In this document: positions 33,126-42,499 of the stretch, in pieces
Layout: the number at the start of each line of letters is the position of its first letter
How positions within the stretch are numbered: position 1 is the first letter of the stretch
NCBI GenBank assembly: GCA_020628065.1
Contig: JAHDFR010000001.1
Span: forward strand, 1-57,720
Reading direction: 5' to 3'
DNA: 57,720 bases
DNA from: Acidimicrobiales bacterium
GTDB taxonomy: Bacteria; Actinomycetota; Acidimicrobiia; Acidimicrobiales; SZUA-35
The notes under the pieces: model-generated
Database searches by the model: none
The model's input: only the letters and a program-made list of their open reading frames with translations
What the model was told of the DNA's origin: nothing
Position numbers and translations under genes: made by a program

Positions 33126-34904
33126 ATGATCGAACTACGAACCGAAGAGCAGGAAACGGGCTCCGAAAGCATCACCAAAGGGTCTGAGCCGGGCACCGGT
33201 CGGGTGCGCCTGTTGGCCGCGCTGGGTGGGATTGCCGCCGGCGCCGCCGCCTTGGGTGTTGGCGAGCTTGTCGGCTCGTTTCGTGCCCCGGAGCCGGGTC
33301 CGGTCATTGCAGTGGCCAACCGTGTGATCGACCTGGCCCCCAACTGGTTCGTCGAGCTGGGCAAGTCGATCTTCGGACTGTCCGACAAGCCGGCCCTTAT
33401 CGTCGGCACGGTGCTTCTATCGGTGGTGTTCGCCGCCGTACTAGGTATGACATCGCTAAAGAGACTGAGCATGGCCATAGCCGGTCTGTGCGCTTTCGGA
33501 CTCCTTGGCGCCTCGGCCATCGCAGGTGACGCCCAGGGTTCGATGGCCGGCGCAATCATCACCGCCGGTGCCGCCACCATCGCTGGTATCGCTGTGCTGG
33601 TCATCTTGAGGCGTCGTCTCGAACCAACAAGCTTCTCCGACACTTCCAGCCTCCCGAATACCCAGCCCTCTGCCGGTACCTCCGCTTCGGACACCGCGAC
33701 CGTAGCGGCCGGCCAACCCGCCGACGCCCGAACCGACAAGAACAGCTCGGCGTTAACTGATGCCGAGACCGGTACTACTCCCCCGACGGTTCAAACAGTC
33801 ACAGAAAGCCCGACCAACCCGAGTGTCAACCGGCGATCGTTTCTTACTTGGGCCGGAGGCGTCAGCGCCACCGCAGCCGGCGCCGCGGTATTGGCAAACT
33901 CCGTCCGCTCTCGGTCTTCAGTGCAGGAGGCCCGGACCTCGGTGGCTCTTGAGCCGGAGGTCGACTCCGAGGTGCAGGGCTGGCTCGACACAGCGGCAGA
34001 AGCCGACCTCGGTGTAGGCGATCAGCTGACGCCATTGGTGGTCGAGGATGGTGAGTTCTATCTGATCGACACCGCCCTGGTAAAGCCGCAGGTCGATCCG
34101 ACCACCTGGTCACTGCGAATCGGTGGCATGGTCGACAACCCCATCGAGATTGGCTACGACGAACTGCTTGAGCGGTCAACCACCGTCGCACCGGTGACAC
34201 TGTCGTGTGTGTCCAATGAGGTCGGAGGCGGTTTGGTGGGCAACGCCGTCTGGCAAGGCGTCCCTCTGGCCGACCTCCTCAACGAAGCCGGCGTCCAAGA
34301 AGGCGCCACGCAAGTGGCCAGTCGGTCAATCGATGGATGGACCTGCGGCTTCCCAACCGAAGCTGTTTTCGATGGCCGCACGGCTCTCGTCGCCGTGTCC
34401 ATGAACGGCGAGCCGCTGCCGGTGCGCCACGGGTTCCCGGCCCGCCTGGTTGTGTCCGGCCTCTACGGTTACGTCTCGGCCACCAAGTGGATCACCGATA
34501 TCGAGCTGACCACGCTGGAAGGATTTGACGGCTACTGGATTCCCCGGGGATGGTCCAAACTGGGCCCGGTCAAGACGCAGTCGCGAATCGACACCCCCCG
34601 ACGACGGGAGACCTTGGTTGCCGGGGAGCCGACGGCGATTGCCGGCGTTGCCTGGGCCCCGGATCGGGGCGTGACCAATGTCGAAGTCAGTATCGACGAC
34701 GAGTGGGTGGAAGCCACACTCAGCGAAGAACTCGGAGCCGATGCCTGGCGGCAGTGGATGGTGCCGTGGACGCCAACGGCGGGAGATCATGTTCTTGCCG
34801 TCAGAGCCACTGACGGCGACGGCGTAACCCAAACCGCTGATCTCGCTCCACCGGCTCCCAACGGGGCAAGCGGTTGGCACACCATTTTGGTACGGGCCGA
34901 ATAA
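33126..34904 (+). CDS. Sulfite-oxidase-fold molybdopterin oxidoreductase fused to an N-terminal polytopic membrane domain
   Basis: N-terminal ~4-5 TM helices, a Ser/Thr/Pro/Ala linker, an internal twin-arginine-like motif (SVNRRSFLTWAGGVSATAAGAAVLA), then a Mo-binding domain (VTLSCVSNEVGGGLVGNAVWQGVPLADLL) and a dimerisation-like domain. ATG 33126 is chosen over the ORF-track start 33027. Confidence 0.85.
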   Translation: MIELRTEEQETGSESITKGSEPGTGRVRLLAALGGIAAGAAALGVGELVGSFRAPEPGPVIAVANRVIDLAPNWFVELGKSIFGLSDKPALIVGTVLLSVVFAAVLGMTSLKRLSMAIAGLCAFGLLGASAIAGDAQGSMAGAIITAGAATIAGIAVLVILRRRLEPTSFSDTSSLPNTQPSAGTSASDTATVAAGQPADARTDKNSSALTDAETGTTPPTVQTVTESPTNPSVNRRSFLTWAGGVSATAAGAAVLANSVRSRSSVQEARTSVALEPEVDSEVQGWLDTAAEADLGVGDQLTPLVVEDGEFYLIDTALVKPQVDPTTWSLRIGGMVDNPIEIGYDELLERSTTVAPVTLSCVSNEVGGGLVGNAVWQGVPLADLLNEAGVQEGATQVASRSIDGWTCGFPTEAVFDGRTALVAVSMNGEPLPVRHGFPARLVVSGLYGYVSATKWITDIELTTLEGFDGYWIPRGWSKLGPVKTQSRIDTPRRRETLVAGEPTAIAGVAWAPDRGVTNVEVSIDDEWVEATLSEELGADAWRQWMVPWTPTAGDHVLAVRATDGDGVTQTADLAPPAPNGASGWHTILVRAE

Positions 34905-34932
34905 CGGCTGGACCAGCAGATCCTCTCGGCCG

Positions 34933-36216
34933 CTACGGCAGATAGTTGCGAGGATTCACGGGACCACCGTCGACCCTGACCTCGAAGTGGAGGTGGTTGC
35001 CGGTCGCAGTGCCGGTGGCGCCCACAAACCCTACGACGTCACCCCGAGCCACCAACTGACCCTCGTTGCTCCCGATCCGCGACATGTGGGCGTACAGCGT
35101 CGTGATCCCACCACCGTGGTCCACGATGACAGTACTTCCGTAGCCGCCGCGGCCGCCGGCAAAGATGACGATGCCGTCATTGGCCGCGTAGATAGGTGTT
35201 CCGCTGGGTGCGCCAACATCAATACCGGCGTGCAGTCGGCGCGTACCATACACAGGATGGATCCGGTAACCGAATTCGCTGGTCACACGGGCTTCAACCG
35301 GCCACTGGAAGCCCGCCAGCGAGGCCGATGACGGATTGTTGATCGACGTGTCGACCTCGGCCTTCGACGAGCTGGTGCTGATAATTTGCTGGACGGCGGC
35401 GTCCTCACGGGCGTAGGCGGCAAGCTCGCCCGCCCACTGATCGATCCTTCGCTCGGCCTCCGCTTTAAGCTTCAGCTGAGAAGCCTGCTGCTCCTTGTAC
35501 ACATCAAGTTCAGCCTGGAGAACCAGTTGAGCCTGCTCGGCCTCGGTCTTCGCTTGGCTGGCCCGGGCGTTGGCCAACTGTCGCTCTTCCAGCAGGCCAC
35601 GCAGCTCCTCCAGCAACTCGGCCGTTGACAGGCTGGCCTGGGCCAACAGAGCATTGCGACGAATGGCCCGATTCAAGTCAGCGTCGGTGAGCAACGGTTG
35701 CGGAGCACCGATCGTTCGGCTCTTGAAACCCTCCACCGCCTTAAGCCGAAGTTCTTCCTCAATGGTGGACTGCCTACCGGCCGACGAATCAAGATCTTCA
35801 GCCGTCCGCTTCAGAATTCGATCGGCTTCGTCTATACGAGCCTGGGCCTCATCGATCTTTTCCAGCGTGCCGTTGGCGGCGCTGTTGATGTTGTTGAGTT
35901 CTTGGGCTATCTCCACATCGGCCGCCTTGGCCAAGTTCAGGTTGGCTACGGCTTCCGCCTTCGCCCGGCTGTCGACGGTGGTGATGGTCGTGGCCTGTGT
36001 GGTCGAAGTGGACTCCGATGCCGAGGTCTCCGACGAGGCGGCCGTGGTGGGAGCGGCGGTTGTGGCCGGCGCTGTTGTGCTGGTCGTACTGGAGGTGTCT
36101 TCTTGACCAGCTGCCGTCAGAGATGCCAAAACAGCCCATGCGAACACGACAAAACCGACGAACAGACGCACTGGGCTCGGTGACCGTCCGGTACCACGTA
36201 GCGAACTAACGCTCAT
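34933..36216 (-). CDS. M23 family peptidoglycan DD-metalloendopeptidase with an N-terminal coiled coil
   Basis: Signal/TM segment, Thr/Ser/Ala-rich linker, long coiled-coil region, and a C-terminal M23 domain (HAGIDVGAPSGTPIYAANDG, GNHLHFEV). Confidence 0.9.
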   Translation of the reverse strand: MSVSSLRGTGRSPSPVRLFVGFVVFAWAVLASLTAAGQEDTSSTTSTTAPATTAAPTTAASSETSASESTSTTQATTITTVDSRAKAEAVANLNLAKAADVEIAQELNNINSAANGTLEKIDEAQARIDEADRILKRTAEDLDSSAGRQSTIEEELRLKAVEGFKSRTIGAPQPLLTDADLNRAIRRNALLAQASLSTAELLEELRGLLEERQLANARASQAKTEAEQAQLVLQAELDVYKEQQASQLKLKAEAERRIDQWAGELAAYAREDAAVQQIISTSSSKAEVDTSINNPSSASLAGFQWPVEARVTSEFGYRIHPVYGTRRLHAGIDVGAPSGTPIYAANDGIVIFAGGRGGYGSTVIVDHGGGITTLYAHMSRIGSNEGQLVARGDVVGFVGATGTATGNHLHFEVRVDGGPVNPRNYLP

Positions 36217-36652
36217 GATGACTCAATGGGCTCCTCATCCGACCTGCTGAAACCTGCCGCTCAACCGGACCCTTTCCCACCGATGCCGACCGCACTGACT
36301 TTGGCATCGAGTTTCTCAAGTTGGGCAGCAGCAAATGCCTGTCCAAGCATATTGTGCCACCTGGAAAATCCGCCCACGTCAGCAGCGTTCAACCACATTC
36401 TGGAAGATCCTTAACTCAAAAGAAGCGAGCAAGCCGGCGACCCTCCCTCACCCCCTGTTCAAGCCACCCTGTAGCCACAACCGGCATCGAGGGTAGGAAC
36501 ACACCGTAGGTGGCTAAAGGGCTGGTTCACAACGAACCGGGCAGGACATCGGTTGTAGTGATGGTCTTTAGGGACTAGACACAACACATCAAACAGAATC
36601 AGACCACAAGATCGAACATGAGAGTCAGGGCAGCAGCCAGGAGGAGACTTTG

Positions 36653-37165
36653 ATGACCGAGAGCACGGCGGAACGTGAAGTGCTGGACTGGGACACCTAC
36701 GGCCGAGCCGCTCGTAGCCTCGCCCAGGAGGTCGCCGATAGTGGCTTTCGTCCCGACCTCATTTTGGCTATCGCCCGTGGCGGCCTTTTCATTGCAGGCT
36801 CTCTTGGCTATGCGTTGTCAGTCAAGAATCTCTACGTGATGAATCTTGAGTTCTACTCAGGCGTGGACAAGCGTCTTGATGTACCCGTCATGCTTCCGCC
36901 CTATCTGGACAAGATAGATCTGACCGATGCCAAGATCCTCGTCGCCGATGACGTGGCCGATACCGGCCACACCCTGAAAGTGGTGCACGAGTTCTGTCAA
37001 GAAGTAGTGGCCGAGAGCCGAACGGCAGTGCTCTACGAGAAGCCACACTCGTTGGTCAAATGTGACTTCGTCTGGCGCCGGACCGACAGCTGGATCAACT
37101 TTCCGTGGTCGACCGAGCCTCCGCTGGTTGACCCACAAGCATCATCAGTAGTGTTGGACGCTTGA
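36653..37165 (+). CDS. Purine phosphoribosyltransferase (Gpt/XGPRT-like)
   Basis: PRPP-binding motif KILVADDVADTGHTL and C-terminal WINFPWS as in Gpt-type enzymes. AGGAGGA lies 8 nt upstream of ATG 36653; the ORF-track TTG is at 36650. Confidence 0.85.
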   Translation: MTESTAEREVLDWDTYGRAARSLAQEVADSGFRPDLILAIARGGLFIAGSLGYALSVKNLYVMNLEFYSGVDKRLDVPVMLPPYLDKIDLTDAKILVADDVADTGHTLKVVHEFCQEVVAESRTAVLYEKPHSLVKCDFVWRRTDSWINFPWSTEPPLVDPQASSVVLDA

Positions 37166-37186
37166 CATCATTCAATAAATATCGAG

Positions 37187-37205
37187 AATAATCGCCTCGA
37201 TTATT
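37187..37205. promoter_or_regulatory. Perfect AT-rich palindrome AATAATCG-cct-CGATTATT
   Basis: 8-bp arms at 37187-37194 and 37198-37205. It lies 22 nt after the PRT stop, inside an AT-rich ~100-nt island and 65 nt upstream of ATG 37270. It could be an operator or a weak terminator. Confidence 0.4.
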
Positions 37206-37269
37206 TACCCAAAAACAAGATGCGTATTTGCCTTTCATTCAGACTATTCTGACTATCGGAGGCAACAAT

Positions 37270-38751
37270 ATGGTCAAACGCATCGTCTCGGGCATCTTTG
37301 CCCTCGCCGCCTTGGCGGCGCTAGGAGTAATCATCGGAGGGGCCCTCGCCAGCGGGGAACAGCTGATTGTGCGATTCCTCACCGCTGTCATCGTGGCAGC
37401 CCTGGCCTTGTACGTGATCAGCGACCTCCGCCTCAAGTCGACACCGCTGACTCCGGCCGAAGATCCGAACGATCACTATCGACAGCTGGAGAGCCAGGCG
37501 TCCTCGCCAAACATACCGAAGGTTCTCGAAACGGCAGCGACGACTACTGATGCCCCTGCCCCCCGACGTGATCTTCAACCGGCCGCCCGGACAATAGACG
37601 TCGTCCATCGGACCACACCCCCTACCCCGCCGCCCGCTCTGGCCCGAAAGCACGTCACGCCGGAACCACTTCCGGAGGAAGCTACCGCGCCGCTGCCGGC
37701 GGTAGCCCCCGAAGCTCAGGAAACCCAGGTCTTGGACTTGGACGCTGACGTTTCCGACAAGACAGAGGCTCAAGAGAGCGCCGTCTACGTGGCCGTTGGA
37801 ACTCACAACTATGAAGGTGGGCTCGAGACCCCGGCCCCCAACTGGCCAAGCCAGCCGGCTGGCGAGACCGTTGACTTGTCCGGCTCGGCACTGTCCAGCC
37901 CGGCACCGGCGGTCGAACAATCAACACCCACCTTCCCCCAGAAGGTCCCGACGGACGCAACGCAACCCCTCTCTGCTCCACCGGTTGTCGAGCCATCCGA
38001 AACATCAATTCCAACTCTGGCCCCGCTGACACCGGAGTCGATTCCAACCAAACCGATTCTCGAGACCCAGCCAGTCGTCGAGCCCATTTCCCAGTCTGCT
38101 GAGATCGACGAATCGGCCACATCAGTTATCGATCTCGCCCGCACCACCGCTTCGTACGCCGGACCGGTGCAAACGCCGGTCATCGATCTTCGGGAGCCGG
38201 TAACCGATGAGGTGCCGACAGCACCCGAGGTGTCGGTCGACGCACCGCCGCCCACCGAGGAGTCAACCGATCGATCAGTCGAAGTGATTGATCTAACACC
38301 GGCGCCCCTGGAGCTGCAGCCGTCCGACGACGTCCCGGTTCCCGGGGCAGCGGCGCAGGTGACAGCGGAACAAACCCTGGCCAGCACACCTCAGCCACAC
38401 AGCGAGCGGGTGGCCGCCGCCATCGCCGGTGGCGAGCGCAAAGTCATCGAGACACTACTCCGACAGGGGATGCTCACCACAGACGGCCCGATCACCGACC
38501 GTGACGTCCGCACCATGGTGTATGTCGCCTTCACCTCAAACGAGCTACGGAAGATCATCATGGCCGGAGGACGTATCAATACTGGTGACGGCCGACTCGG
38601 CCCGGTTGAGTTGTTCGACGAGTCGGTGTTCCGACCGGTACCAAAAACTGTCTACACCGGACGGCCGTCAGCCGGCCAACCACCGACTCCGGCGTCGGCC
38701 GGACTCATCCAGAAGTCGCTACCGGAGCGCAAAGAAGAAGCATCGGCATAG
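37270..38751 (+). CDS. Membrane-anchored Pro/Thr/Glu-rich protein with a conserved-looking C-terminal domain
   Basis: Two N-terminal TM helices, ~330 aa of Pro-rich low complexity, and a C-terminal ~110-aa ordered region (KVIETLLRQGMLTTDGPITDRDVRTMVYVAFTSNELRKIIMAGG). GGAGG lies 9 nt before ATG 37270; the ORF-track TTG is at 37228. Confidence 0.65.
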   Translation: MVKRIVSGIFALAALAALGVIIGGALASGEQLIVRFLTAVIVAALALYVISDLRLKSTPLTPAEDPNDHYRQLESQASSPNIPKVLETAATTTDAPAPRRDLQPAARTIDVVHRTTPPTPPPALARKHVTPEPLPEEATAPLPAVAPEAQETQVLDLDADVSDKTEAQESAVYVAVGTHNYEGGLETPAPNWPSQPAGETVDLSGSALSSPAPAVEQSTPTFPQKVPTDATQPLSAPPVVEPSETSIPTLAPLTPESIPTKPILETQPVVEPISQSAEIDESATSVIDLARTTASYAGPVQTPVIDLREPVTDEVPTAPEVSVDAPPPTEESTDRSVEVIDLTPAPLELQPSDDVPVPGAAAQVTAEQTLASTPQPHSERVAAAIAGGERKVIETLLRQGMLTTDGPITDRDVRTMVYVAFTSNELRKIIMAGGRINTGDGRLGPVELFDESVFRPVPKTVYTGRPSAGQPPTPASAGLIQKSLPERKEEASA

Positions 38752-38784
38752 CGCGGCCTGTAATGGCGCCGAACCCCGACTCGC

Positions 38785-39597
38785 TCAGCCGTAGAGAATC
38801 TCGGTCTTCGGTTCCACTGCGCTCTCCGGGTCGAAACGACTCGGCAGAAGGCCGAGGCGCTGATTGCCCAGCAGCAGCAGATAATACGGATTCAGGATCA
38901 GATAGCGACGCCACAGTCGCTTCGGTTCCTTGAACAAGCGATAGGCCCACTCAAGGCCGTAACGCTGAAGAGTCGATGGGGCCTGATCAAGCTCGCCGGC
39001 GTGAAAGTTGAACGCAGCGCCAACGGCCAGCACCGGCATCTTGATGTGATCTTTAAACTCGTAAGCCCAGATCTCCTGTCGAGGACACCCGAGACCAACC
39101 ATGGTGATTCCGGCACCACTGTCGACGATGTCTTCGATCAACTCCTGCTTTTCCGACGAGTCCATCGTCCGGAACTTGGACGGCCGTAATCGGGCAATCT
39201 GCAAGTCTGGGAACTGAGCGGTGAGCTTTGATGCCAAACGTTCGAGCAGTTCCTGGGTTCCGCCGAACAGGTAGACCGAGATCGCGTGCTTCTCGGCGGC
39301 AGCGCAGGTCTTCAGCATCAGATTCGGGCCGTACACCCGGTCGGTAAGGCCGGCATCGTGAAAGGCGTTGAGGGCCCACCTGACCGGCTGCCCGTCTGGT
39401 ACCACAAGCTCAAGACTATTCAGCCGATATTGGTGCTCGGCATCGGTAGCGCCCTCCATCAAGCCGTGAACGGCCGTTGCCGTCACGGCCAACGGGGTGC
39501 GAGACTTGGCTGAATCGACGATCCGGCCGACGGCCGCCTCGTAGTCGATGGCATCCACCTGGACACCCAGAATGTTCTTTTTGCCCAGATCAATCAT
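38785..39597 (-). CDS. WecB/TagA/CpsF family glycosyltransferase
   Basis: NILGVQVDAIDYEAAV, VGLGCPRQEIWAY, GVGAAFNFHAG. 270 aa. Confidence 0.88.
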   Translation of the reverse strand: MIDLGKKNILGVQVDAIDYEAAVGRIVDSAKSRTPLAVTATAVHGLMEGATDAEHQYRLNSLELVVPDGQPVRWALNAFHDAGLTDRVYGPNLMLKTCAAAEKHAISVYLFGGTQELLERLASKLTAQFPDLQIARLRPSKFRTMDSSEKQELIEDIVDSGAGITMVGLGCPRQEIWAYEFKDHIKMPVLAVGAAFNFHAGELDQAPSTLQRYGLEWAYRLFKEPKRLWRRYLILNPYYLLLLGNQRLGLLPSRFDPESAVEPKTEILYG

Positions 39598-39621
39598 GGT
39601 CCTGCCAGTCTCGTCGTTGAC

Positions 39622-40698
39622 TCAAGCGGCCTCGGCCGCCCACCGTTCCTGGTTTGCCTGGTAGATCTCGTTGAGGATGTCGGAAACGTTTCGCGTCAGC
39701 TTCCAGTCGGGATAGTGCTGCTCAAACTTGGCCAGATCGGAGACGTACCAGATGTGGTCACCAATCCGGTTTTCGTCGGTGTAGCTGTGGTTCAGCTCCC
39801 GACCGGTGATCTCCTGACACATGTCAACCGCTTCCCGCATGGAGCAGTGACTGAAGCGTCCTCCGCCGATGTTGTACACCTCTCCCGACCGAGGATTGCG
39901 GAAGAAGTGGTCAAAGGCTTGGATCAGATCGTGACTGTGGATGTTGTCTCTGACCTGCTTGCCGTTGTAGCCGAAGACCGTGTAGTGGGCGCCGGTGGCG
40001 GCGCACTTCATGAGGTAGGCCAAGAAGCCGTGCAACTGGGTGCCGCTGTGGTTCGGCCCGGTCAGGCAGCCTCCCCGGAAACAGGCCGACTTCAAGTCGA
40101 AGTATCGCCCGTATTCCTGAACAAGGACGTCGGCCGCCACTTTTGACGCTCCAAACAAGCTGTGCAGGGTGGCGTCGATCGACATGTCTTCCCTGATTCC
40201 GTCGAAGTACGTGTGATCGGAATCGATCTCCCACCGGGTTTCGGTCTCATGCAGGGGAAGACGGTTCGGCGTATCGCCGTAGACCTTGTTGGTCGACGTG
40301 AAGATGAACACCGAATCCGGGGCGTGGTTGCGGGTTGCCTCCAACAGATTCAACGTTCCGTTGGCGTTCACGGTGAAGTCCACGTGGGGAGCCGAGGCCG
40401 CCCAGTCGTGGGACGGTTGGGCTGCGGCATGGACGGTTAGGGCGATGTCCGAGCCGTACTTGGAGTAGAGGTTGTCGATCAGGTCGAGATCACGAATGTC
40501 GCCGTCGACGTGAACGTAGTTTTCGCCGAGTTCGGACTCCAGCTGCTGTTGCTGCCAGCGGGTGGACGCCTCGTCGCCGAAGAACTCTTTGCGCATATCG
40601 TTGTCGATTCCGACAACAGTCAGTCCCTGCGAGGCGAAGTGCCGACTGGCCTCCGATCCGATCAAGCCCGCCGAACCGGACACGATGGCAACACTCAT
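39622..40698 (-). CDS. NAD-dependent sugar epimerase/dehydratase (extended SDR)
   Basis: [12 protein letters not shown] (GxxGxxG) and [11 protein letters not shown] (YxxxK region). ATG 40698 (MSVAIVSG) is chosen over the ORF-track start 40722. Confidence 0.85.
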   Translation of the reverse strand: MSVAIVSGSAGLIGSEASRHFASQGLTVVGIDNDMRKEFFGDEASTRWQQQQLESELGENYVHVDGDIRDLDLIDNLYSKYGSDIALTVHAAAQPSHDWAASAPHVDFTVNANGTLNLLEATRNHAPDSVFIFTSTNKVYGDTPNRLPLHETETRWEIDSDHTYFDGIREDMSIDATLHSLFGASKVAADVLVQEYGRYFDLKSACFRGGCLTGPNHSGTQLHGFLAYLMKCAATGAHYTVFGYNGKQVRDNIHSHDLIQAFDHFFRNPRSGEVYNIGGGRFSHCSMREAVDMCQEITGRELNHSYTDENRIGDHIWYVSDLAKFEQHYPDWKLTRNVSDILNEIYQANQERWAAEAA

Positions 40699-40941
40699 AG
40701 TTTGAAACGTCCTTGTTTGCAACTGTCAGGCCGACAGTTCGATCACTCCTGCGCCACACGCAGGGACCCTACGACATCAGGCTATCAAGGGCCGAAGCGG
40801 GCCCATGCGGGCAAGCACGCCGACCGAACAGCCGGGCCGAGCGACCCAAAAGATCGTCGGCGGCTGGGCAAAACCCACCGATGGGCCGCACCCGAAGCTT
40901 GGCTCCGACGAAGGGGGGACACATGCTGTAAGCGGCTTGTT

Positions 40942-41016
<75 letters not shown>

Positions 41017-41112
41017 GAACAAGACCAAGCCATCTTATCGGTTCCACCACCGCCGAACGGCCCCTTTTGTCGCCGGATCGTTGAAGATCACGTGAACCAC
41101 CCAGGCGAACGA

Positions 41113-41949
41113 CTACCGCCCGCCCACCACTCGTCCCTGCCCCCCGTCGAGGTCATCGGGCTCCTCGCCGTCGAGGGTCGACTCAATGTAGATCGGTCGG
41201 GCTTTGCTTCGCTTTCGGGAGCGAGCCCTGGCCGATGCCTGACGACGCCCGGCATCGGGCGCGGCTGAAAACGATGGCTTGACCCCAGCCTCCCCGCCCG
41301 TGTTCGGTGGTAGGTCATCGGTACCGTGTGTCTCCATCCCGCTTTCGGTCGTGTCGTGGAGGCGATCGTCCTCCGGGCTCTCTTCGGCCGCCGGTACGGT
41401 GCGCCCCGGCGACGGATCAATGCCAAGCGGCTCGAACATGAGCGGTGTCTCGTCACTGTCAACCGAGGGCGGCGGACCGTCAACCGAACCGACCTGAAGC
41501 TTGGGGATGCCGCCACGGTCGGCGAAGATGCCCGTCTCGGCATACGGCCCGGTTTGCAGGCCGACATCGGGTCCTAGGTCGGCCAGCTGTCGAGCAACCG
41601 ATTGTGGTCCACGACGAAGCTCCACCGCACCGCGAGCAGCAGCAAACAACAAAGCCACAACCAGAACCAGCACCATCAATAGAAACACCAGCACGAAGAT
41701 GCCCCTGAGAGCAACCGCCATCAGCATGGCAACCACGGCGGCAGCAGCCAGTCCAACAAGTGCTTGGCGGCGGCGCTGCCAGACATCCTGCGAGCGCCAA
41801 GCCATCAACGGTCGAGGTCGGGTCCACCACAGTTCACGGCTGCGCTCGGGAAGATAGCCCCAGCCGTTTCGATACGCGACAAGCAGAACCTTGCCGGCGA
41901 TCACGACGATGAAGGCCAGGGTGGCGAGCTGCCACCAGGCCAAGATCAC
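41113..41949 (-). CDS. Hypothetical membrane protein with a disordered C-terminal half, last gene of the Moco operon
   Basis: 278 aa. Two to three TM helices in the first 110 aa, then a Pro/Asp/Gly-rich tail with a basic patch (RRQASARARSRKRSKARP). The GTG start overlaps the moaC stop (GTGA at 41946-41949). Confidence 0.6.
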   Translation of the reverse strand: MILAWWQLATLAFIVVIAGKVLLVAYRNGWGYLPERSRELWWTRPRPLMAWRSQDVWQRRRQALVGLAAAAVVAMLMAVALRGIFVLVFLLMVLVLVVALLFAAARGAVELRRGPQSVARQLADLGPDVGLQTGPYAETGIFADRGGIPKLQVGSVDGPPPSVDSDETPLMFEPLGIDPSPGRTVPAAEESPEDDRLHDTTESGMETHGTDDLPPNTGGEAGVKPSFSAAPDAGRRQASARARSRKRSKARPIYIESTLDGEEPDDLDGGQGRVVGGR

Positions 41950-42467
41950 ATCGAACCGCTCCGGTCACCGCTGGCCGTTTCGGACGAACGTCGATACGCT
42001 CCCGAACGACCACCGGTCTTCTCCCAGAGCGTCAGTTCGCCGATGACCATGCTCCGATCAGCGGATTTGCACATGTCATAGATGGTTAAGGCGGCAATCG
42101 AGCAAGCGGTCAACGCCTCCATCTCAACGCCGGTTCGGTCGACCGTGTCCACCGAACATTCGACTTCGATGAAGTTGTCCTGGATGTCGAAATTGACGAT
42201 GACGGAACCAATCATCACCGAATGGCACAGCGGAAGGAGATCCGACGTGCGTTTCGCCGCCTGGATCCCGGCGACCCGCGCCACCGCCAACACGTCGCCC
42301 TTGGTGATGGCACCTCGAGCGACAAGCGCCGTCGTCTCCGGCTCCATATAGACCCGTCCCCGGGCGACAGCCCGCCGGTAGGTCGGGTCTTTGGGGGTTA
42401 CATCAACCATCCGGGCACGCCCGAGAGGGTCGAGATGAGTCAATTCTCGCTCAGCCACATCAGTCAA
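41946..42467 (-). CDS. moaC: Cyclic pyranopterin monophosphate synthase
   Basis: LTHLDPLGRARMVDVTPK and AAKRTSDLLPLCH. The ORF-track start (42572) overlaps moaA; TTG 42467 or GTG 42458 give a normal ~170-aa MoaC. Confidence 0.9.
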   Translation of the reverse strand: MTDVAERELTHLDPLGRARMVDVTPKDPTYRRAVARGRVYMEPETTALVARGAITKGDVLAVARVAGIQAAKRTSDLLPLCHSVMIGSVIVNFDIQDNFIEVECSVDTVDRTGVEMEALTACSIAALTIYDMCKSADRSMVIGELTLWEKTGGRSGAYRRSSETASGDRSGSM

Positions 42468-42499
42468 TTTAGTACGTTGTTGACCGGAAATGTGGTTCT

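Noticed and set aside
36217-36652. Possible ydaO-type (c-di-AMP) riboswitch upstream of the M23 peptidoglycan hydrolase
   Set aside because: I reverse-complemented the region and looked for the conserved blocks I remember (GGGGACCCA, GGGGUGAAUC, CAGCUNACCUCGUAAGCG). Only vague G-rich similarity was present (GGGGGTGAGGG). This needs cmsearch to settle, but it is not supported by eye.
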